Shown in pieces: positions 58,353-64,000 of a stretch of 64,000 nucleotides of DNA. The position numbers and the translations under genes were made by a program. Position 1 is the stretch's first letter. The number at the start of each line of letters is the position of its first letter. Location of the stretch: positions 704,001 through 768,000 of the forward strand of contig CAVTBR010000003.1 of assembly GCA_963733055.1 (NCBI GenBank), in the 5' to 3' direction. The stretch comes from Candidatus Bathyarchaeota archaeon (lineage in GTDB: Archaea > Thermoproteota > Bathyarchaeia > 40CM-2-53-6). Below the pieces are notes generated by a model. The model was not told where the DNA came from. It worked only from the letters and a program-made list of their open reading frames with translations, and made no database searches.

Positions 58353-58814
58353 TCATTTCGGTCTCAAAGTTCTTTCGAACATTCGAATTGCGTTCTCTTG
58401 CTCCAAACTCTGTATCGAGCCCGGACGTTTTTCCCTCACCTTGTTGATAGCGTCATCCGCGGTCATCCCCTTGTGGACCAAGTAAGCTGCTAAAACCGTC
58501 CCGGTTCTTCCCATACCCTCGGCACAGTGAACGACCACGGGTTTCGATTGAGCGTTATGCGCGTCAATGAACTGAATAATCTCGTCGAGTTGAACCAGCG
58601 ATGGCGCGCCTGAGATGTGGGAGTGGAGGTACGCAAAGCCCAAACGGTTAACCGGTTCTGGGTAGAGCGGCGTTCCGGTAAGAGAGATTATCGCCTTGAC
58701 TCCTTCGCTTCTAAGTCCGTTTAGTTCAGCCTCGGACTCCGGCCTGGCACACCCGGCAAGCTTGGATTCTACGACCCAACTGAAATTTCTGGGAAGGACT
58801 ATTCGCTCATCCAA
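58353..58814 (-). CDS. dual-specificity (Cys-based) phosphatase
   Basis: HCAEGMGRTG, RPGSIQ..EQ. Confidence 0.92.
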   Translation of the reverse strand: MDERIVLPRNFSWVVESKLAGCARPESEAELNGLRSEGVKAIISLTGTPLYPEPVNRLGFAYLHSHISGAPSLVQLDEIIQFIDAHNAQSKPVVVHCAEGMGRTGTVLAAYLVHKGMTADDAINKVREKRPGSIQSLEQENAIRMFERTLRPK

Positions 58815-59568
58815 ACTTGACCACCTCTAATGAACCGGCTCCGGGTGAAAGGTAAAGGCCTGTGCGTGCCGGATGAACCAAAAATCCCTTAGATTGCCAT
58901 CCACCGCAATTCGCAACCCTATGCTTCGAATCGATTCCAGGAATGTGAGTGTGGCCAAAGATCACCCAGTCTTGGTCCGGGACACCGGCTATACGTTTCC
59001 AAGCCCTCTCCAAACTCAACTTCGAAATGAACCTGTCCCAGCCGTGGCCGATTGCTCCTTTCAAACTTAGGTCATGACCATGATAGGCCACCGCCCGTAT
59101 ACCGTTGAAGTTTAAGATTGCACATCGGCCGACCGGAACGAGACCGGACCCATCAAATAAGGCACGGTTTTCCGGGGACGGATCGTGAGGGGGCGAACCA
59201 TCGACGAAGAACGCTTTTGCAGATAGTGCATCTAAACCAAGAATGTCACTAATCGGGTGAGCCGAGACTCTACTCAGGATCTTCTGTGCGTCGTCGGGTG
59301 AATCGAATAGGTCGCCGACAACAATTAGATTAGAAACGCTGCGGTCCTTCAGTAGCTCATGCAACACCGCAGAGTACGTGAAAGGTGTGTCCGCTCTTAG
59401 GTGTAGATCTGAGATGAAGAGAGCATTCCCGTCAAGCTTGAAGACTGTCGCGGTGTGCATTGGATTTAGTTCCGGCATGAAGGGATAAAGGAGAAAACGA
59501 AAGTTCATGACAACGGCGATGAGCGCTGCGGTTACGATTACAACCGCCAACAAACCTAACGCTTGCAT
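58807..59568 (-). CDS. membrane-anchored calcineurin-like metallophosphoesterase
   Basis: ISDLHL, VGDLFD, YHGHD, FGHTH; N-terminal TM. Confidence 0.88.
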   Translation of the reverse strand: MQALGLLAVVIVTAALIAVVMNFRFLLYPFMPELNPMHTATVFKLDGNALFISDLHLRADTPFTYSAVLHELLKDRSVSNLIVVGDLFDSPDDAQKILSRVSAHPISDILGLDALSAKAFFVDGSPPHDPSPENRALFDGSGLVPVGRCAILNFNGIRAVAYHGHDLSLKGAIGHGWDRFISKLSLERAWKRIAGVPDQDWVIFGHTHIPGIDSKHRVANCGGWQSKGFLVHPARTGLYLSPGAGSLEVVKFG

Positions 59569-59820
59569 TACCGAACTCCCTTGTGTTTCTTTGACTCAAC
59601 TCTCTCACTCTCAATTCGTGCTTTGAGTTAAATCCACGCCTTAACACACGCAGGAGGTTAAGTGTCCCAAGGATCTTGTTCACAAGATATTGCGACCAAT
59701 AATCTCAAGCGCACTTGTTTGCTAGGCTAGGCGCGAAGATTGACAAATCCGCGACTCATAGACTTACAAGAACCGAATGGTATCGAAAAAGTTCTCAATC
59801 AATGCTGAGAAAAACCAACA

Positions 59821-60321
59821 ATGACAACCCTACACCCAAAGTACCCTGCGGCACGAAAACAGTTGATTTCCTTCCTGCAAACGGAAGGATTCAGGGTTCA
59901 TCCGGAGGAGGTGTACTGCCCGGACGCGAAACATTGTTGGGTGGACGTGGCTGCCGTCAAAGGCCAAGATTATTGGGCTTTTGAATACAAGTCTCGCACC
60001 GATTCAATAAAGCGTGGGCTGGATCAGTGCAATTCCTACGCAAAGGCCTTCAATTTTGTGGTACTCGTAGCGGACCGGAATCGCGCAACCGCAAGCCCAT
60101 ATTTCGGCAACTTCAAACAAAATGGCTTCGGCGTATGGTCACATGTCGGAATCATATTCCATCCGCTACTCAAACCAAAACGGAGACTGGCAGCCAGGAA
60201 TAGCAGGGTTGTTGTCGAGCGCCAGTTTAGGCGGATATTAGGAGAAACTGAGCATCTTGAAGACCGAAAAGTATCAGACTGGTTCCCTACCCGTATTGAA
60301 CCAAGACTAGTAGACGCATAA
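59821..60321 (+). CDS. PD-(D/E)XK nuclease-fold protein
   Basis: EV...VDV......AFEYK......GLDQ..SY pattern. Confidence 0.7.
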   Translation: MTTLHPKYPAARKQLISFLQTEGFRVHPEEVYCPDAKHCWVDVAAVKGQDYWAFEYKSRTDSIKRGLDQCNSYAKAFNFVVLVADRNRATASPYFGNFKQNGFGVWSHVGIIFHPLLKPKRRLAARNSRVVVERQFRRILGETEHLEDRKVSDWFPTRIEPRLVDA

Positions 60322-60337
60322 GTGTCTGCGCCGAAAG

Positions 60338-61084
60338 TTAGTCTGCGTGACCATTGTTCCAGTTCGTAATAACACCGAGAGCTTCTGTCAGACTTCCGAC
60401 CCTTGCGTCCGGGTTCACGAAAGACATACCTTCGATCGGTTTGCGAAGTATATGAATCGAACGCATTCCCATCCTCTTTGAACCCACGACATCCGCTTCC
60501 ATTGAGTCACCCACAAAAATCGAATCAGATGCCTTCACTCCCAAGGAACTCAAAGCCTGAGTGAAGATTTCTTGGCGCGGCTTCCTGATCCTCAGCGCAG
60601 CAGAACTCAGAATGGTCTTGAAGAATCCGTTTAGGTTACGCCGTTCTAATATCGCGTGCACAGCATAGTCGCTCTTTGCGTTTGAGACTATCCCCATGAC
60701 GTAACCCTGCCCCTCGAGGGCGGCTAGTGTTTCGATTGTATCGGGGTAGACCTGCCAAGACTCAATTTCCGGTTTGAAGAACTCAACCATAGCATTCGTT
60801 GGCAGTTCCATGCCTTGATGCTCTAATCCGGACTTCGTTAGAGTCTTTGAGATGATTTCTTCCATCGGAATCTCAATTTTACGTAAGTTCGCTTCGTCGG
60901 AGGCGTGGTTGAATTGTTTTGCGAATTTTTTCGCGAATTTCTCTGAATCCAGTTTCAGACCTTGCGTGCTAAGATAGTTGTAGAGTTGTTGGAGGTTCGC
61001 TTGGAAGATATCCTCCCAGGGTCGGTCTAGGTGTACCAACGTGTCACCGAGGTCGAGAAAGACCGCCCTGACCAACGCTATCAC
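60338..61084 (-). CDS. HAD family hydrolase
   Basis: DLGDTL, VSN, RKP, VGDSMEADV. Confidence 0.92.
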   Translation of the reverse strand: MIALVRAVFLDLGDTLVHLDRPWEDIFQANLQQLYNYLSTQGLKLDSEKFAKKFAKQFNHASDEANLRKIEIPMEEIISKTLTKSGLEHQGMELPTNAMVEFFKPEIESWQVYPDTIETLAALEGQGYVMGIVSNAKSDYAVHAILERRNLNGFFKTILSSAALRIRKPRQEIFTQALSSLGVKASDSIFVGDSMEADVVGSKRMGMRSIHILRKPIEGMSFVNPDARVGSLTEALGVITNWNNGHAD

Positions 61085-61196
61085 GAGTCTACGGAATGCG
61101 GTGGGTAGAGGCTCATAACTCTTCGTGACCGTTCATCTGAACAGCATTCAGTTGTTTTAAGTAGGGTTCCATCCCTCAGGCTCATGGTGTCTATGG

Positions 61197-62537
61197 ATGC
61201 CGAACGGTCCAAGTGGAGTAACTTTCTACGGGGGCGTGGGCGAGATCGGTGGAAACAAGATTCTCGTCGAGGACAAGGGTTCTCGCATTATGCTGGATTT
61301 CGGAATGAGTTATGCCGACCGACGCCGATTCTTCGTTGACCCTATTCTGTCCCCCGGCGACGAAAAGGATCTGCTTGAATTCGGAATACTCCCCGACATA
61401 AAGGGAATTTACGCATTCGAAGAATCCACACCATCAATCAACGCGGTTTTCCTCTCCCACGCCCACGGAGACCACTGGGGCTACATCTCATTTCTGAAGC
61501 GAGAAATCCCGATTCATTGTGGGGAAACATGCGCACGAATTCTTGAATCAGCATCGGCAACAAGGGTTAGGCACTTCGAGTCGGACATTAGAGGAATTCA
61601 TTTTGAAACATTCAGGACCGGCAAGACGGTTACAGTAGGGACTATCGAGGTGACCCCCTGCCACGTTGACCACTCCATTCCGGGAGCATATGGATTCATA
61701 GTGAGAACTTCTCAGGGCACTGTTGCTTACACGGCCGATTTGAGATTGCATGGAACGAAACCACAAATGACCGGAGATTTCCTTGACCTCGCCGCCAAGT
61801 CCGATCCTAGAATCCTTCTCGCCGAAGGAACGAATATCTTAGGCGGCGAAGTAACTAGCGAAAGCGAGGTCAAATCAAAACTCAATCAGCTAGTCTCCAG
61901 CACGAAAAGCTTAGCCTTAGCTAATTTCTCGAATGTTGATGTGGATAGAATTCGCACCTTTTTCGACGTGGTGAAGGAAAACGATAGGGTGCTTGCTATC
62001 TCGTTGAAGCAGGCGTACCTCCTGAACCAACTGTCATCTGACCGGGAGCTGAACCTACCTAACCCGCTCGAGCGAGATGACAACATCGCCGTATTCAGGA
62101 GGGCGAAGAAGAGGTATTATGATTGGGAGGAAACCGTCATGGAGAAAGCCAGAACCATCGACAGTGAAGAGTTAAGGAGGGACCAAAGAAAGTTCGTCGT
62201 CGCTTTCTCGATGCCAGATTTCAAAGAGCTAGTCGACATTAGACCAAGTGCCGGAAGCATATTCGTACTTTCAACCTCCGAACCATTCAACGAAGAACAA
62301 GAGTTCGAGTTTGAGAGGTTACGGAATTGGCTCGACCATTTTGGCCTTCCGATGTATCACATACACTGCTCAGGCCACATAATGCCTAGCGAGCTGAAAA
62401 GTAGTATAGAAAAAATCAAACCCCGTCGACTATTCCCAATTCACACAGAGTACCCCGGCCTGTACGCCAAGTACCTAGCCGACACGGCCAAGATTGAAAT
62501 CCCATCACGAGCGCGATTATTCGAAATAGCCGACTAG
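61197..62537 (+). CDS. MBL-fold beta-CASP hydrolase (RNase J-like)
   Basis: GGVGEIGGN, SHAHGDH, VDHS, YTADLRLHG, HCSGH, PIHTE. Confidence 0.88.
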   Translation: MPNGPSGVTFYGGVGEIGGNKILVEDKGSRIMLDFGMSYADRRRFFVDPILSPGDEKDLLEFGILPDIKGIYAFEESTPSINAVFLSHAHGDHWGYISFLKREIPIHCGETCARILESASATRVRHFESDIRGIHFETFRTGKTVTVGTIEVTPCHVDHSIPGAYGFIVRTSQGTVAYTADLRLHGTKPQMTGDFLDLAAKSDPRILLAEGTNILGGEVTSESEVKSKLNQLVSSTKSLALANFSNVDVDRIRTFFDVVKENDRVLAISLKQAYLLNQLSSDRELNLPNPLERDDNIAVFRRAKKRYYDWEETVMEKARTIDSEELRRDQRKFVVAFSMPDFKELVDIRPSAGSIFVLSTSEPFNEEQEFEFERLRNWLDHFGLPMYHIHCSGHIMPSELKSSIEKIKPRRLFPIHTEYPGLYAKYLADTAKIEIPSRARLFEIAD

Positions 62538-63052
62538 TAGTCGCGCTCGAACTCAACCCTAAGCGTCATACCCTTGAGTTCCTGAGCCATCGTCTTCACT
62601 ATGTCAAGTTCCACCGGCATCCTGCGAGGCTGTCGCCCGGTGAGAATGACCTTAGTCTCTGTGCTTCCGTCGGGAATCCAAATTGTGTTTATGGTTAGAA
62701 TTGAAAGAGGGCTAAAGAGATCTTCGAGGAACTCTCGGTCGTCGCCACCATAGCTAATCAGCTTAACACGCTTGCCGAACGTATCGCCAAGGTCTTTGAC
62801 GATCTTCGCCCCACCTCCAAGCAACCTCGGAACATCCTTCCTATCCACCAGAACTGCCAACATTCCGTCTGCTTCAACAGAACGATGGTAAGTCACATCC
62901 TGAAGAACAGGGTGTTCCTTCTCCAGTTCCACCATACGCTGGATTACCTTGAGGTCTAATTCAGTTATCTGACCTTTCTCAAGCTTCTCCTCACACCTGC
63001 GGCAGAGGATGCCCGACTTCACACAAAATGCATCCAGAATCGTCTTTACCAT
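62534..63052 (-). CDS. NusA-like KH-domain protein with N-terminal Cys cluster
   Basis: FCVKSGILCRRC, LLGGGAKIV, INTIWIPDG. Confidence 0.8.
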   Translation of the reverse strand: MVKTILDAFCVKSGILCRRCEEKLEKGQITELDLKVIQRMVELEKEHPVLQDVTYHRSVEADGMLAVLVDRKDVPRLLGGGAKIVKDLGDTFGKRVKLISYGGDDREFLEDLFSPLSILTINTIWIPDGSTETKVILTGRQPRRMPVELDIVKTMAQELKGMTLRVEFERDY

Positions 63053-63278
63053 TCACTTTCAACTATTATCTGAATCCTACACTTCGTCAGCCAGTACCGC
63101 ACTCGCGAAACCGGCGTCATCTTACAGGACGACACCGCGCAACCTATTTGAACAATTTGGTTACGAAAAATATGTTTGACTAACAAATCATGTTTCCAGT
63201 CAACCCCGAGGGCGTTGAAGCGATTTTATTACCGAATCCCCAGTCTAGGTCACGCGAGGTTTCGGGACGGTAATTGGC

Positions 63279-64000
63279 TTGAAGCTTTTCGAATATGAGG
63301 CTAAAGAGATCGCACGGCAATACGACCTGCCAGTGCCCCGCGGGTTTATCGCGTCTACCTCGGTCGAAGCAAGAGACGCTTACATGCAGCTAGGGAGGCC
63401 ATCGATGATTAAGGCACAGGTACTCGTGGCCGGCCGCGGAAAAGCTGGCGCAATCAAGCCCGCTTCCAACCCTGAGGAAGCAGAGCGGGTTGCGCAAGCA
63501 ATCCTCTCCATGACTGTGAAAGGAGAAAAGGTTGCAAAGGTGCTCGTGGAGGAGCAGTTAGCGAGCAAGTACGAACGCTATGTGAGCATAGTTGTTGATC
63601 GAGGGTCCAAATGTTACACGATCCTCTGTTCAACGGAGGGCGGGGTCGACATCGAGGAGGTAGCCACATCACACCCGGAAAAAATCATCCGGTACAAAAT
63701 CGACCCGCTACTAGGTTTGCAAGAATTCGAAACTAGGACGGTCGCAAAGCGACTGGGTTACTCCGGGAGTCAAATGGCTCAAGTCGCGAGTATCGTCGGA
63801 AAACTCTACCAGATCATGCTTCAATACGACGGCGAACTCATCGAATCAAATCCCCTGATCGAGACAAAGGCGGGCGATATTGTTGCCGCAGACCTCCGAA
63901 TACTTGTAGACGACAACTCACTATTCAGACAGAAGAAATTCCTAGAACGTTCCAAGACTTTGGAACCGGATATGACCGACCTCGAGATCAATGCAAGGGA
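63279..64000 (+). CDS. sucC: succinyl-CoA synthetase beta subunit (partial)
   Basis: TTG start, MKLFEYEAKE...IKAQVLVAGRGKAG...STEGGVDIEE; runs off the window end. Confidence 0.93.
   Translation, partial: MKLFEYEAKEIARQYDLPVPRGFIASTSVEARDAYMQLGRPSMIKAQVLVAGRGKAGAIKPASNPEEAERVAQAILSMTVKGEKVAKVLVEEQLASKYERYVSIVVDRGSKCYTILCSTEGGVDIEEVATSHPEKIIRYKIDPLLGLQEFETRTVAKRLGYSGSQMAQVASIVGKLYQIMLQYDGELIESNPLIETKAGDIVAADLRILVDDNSLFRQKKFLERSKTLEPDMTDLEINAR

Noticed and set aside
60879-60886. A fourth TTACGTAA as the distal boundary of the array
   Set aside because: It lies inside the intact HAD gene with no GTTACC terminus or TCAACCG boxes beside it; a chance match.

Overview
Archaeal chromosomal segment, most consistent with a TACK lineage such as Bathyarchaeia (inferred from gene content: rpS8e, SRP19, aIF-1A, aIF-2beta, Rio1/Dim2, topoisomerase VI, TrmB, AbrB-PhoU, NitrOD5-like proteins, frequent TTG starts). 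It carries housekeeping genes, an aminotransferase/2-oxoacid oxidoreductase/ADP-forming acyl-CoA synthetase locus with hyp genes, and about ten frameshifted genes that look like uncorrected indel errors. Main discoveries: (1) three diverged IS6-like SWIM-DDE cargo transposons (46479-53405) stacked in the same orientation at one 8-bp palindrome, TTACGTAA, in the hsp20 promoter; the element end GGTAAC completes a GTTAC-N5-GTAAC operator-like site, and each complete element has a 60-aa divergent gene with its own paired operator-like repeats; (2) a tRNA-Asn(GUU) gene split by three introns, including one at position 8/9 whose splice motif needs the 5' leader; (3) an unexplained ~310-nt structured intergenic region; (4) a ribophorin I (OST1)-like membrane protein. 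All family assignments come from reading motifs by eye; no database search was run.
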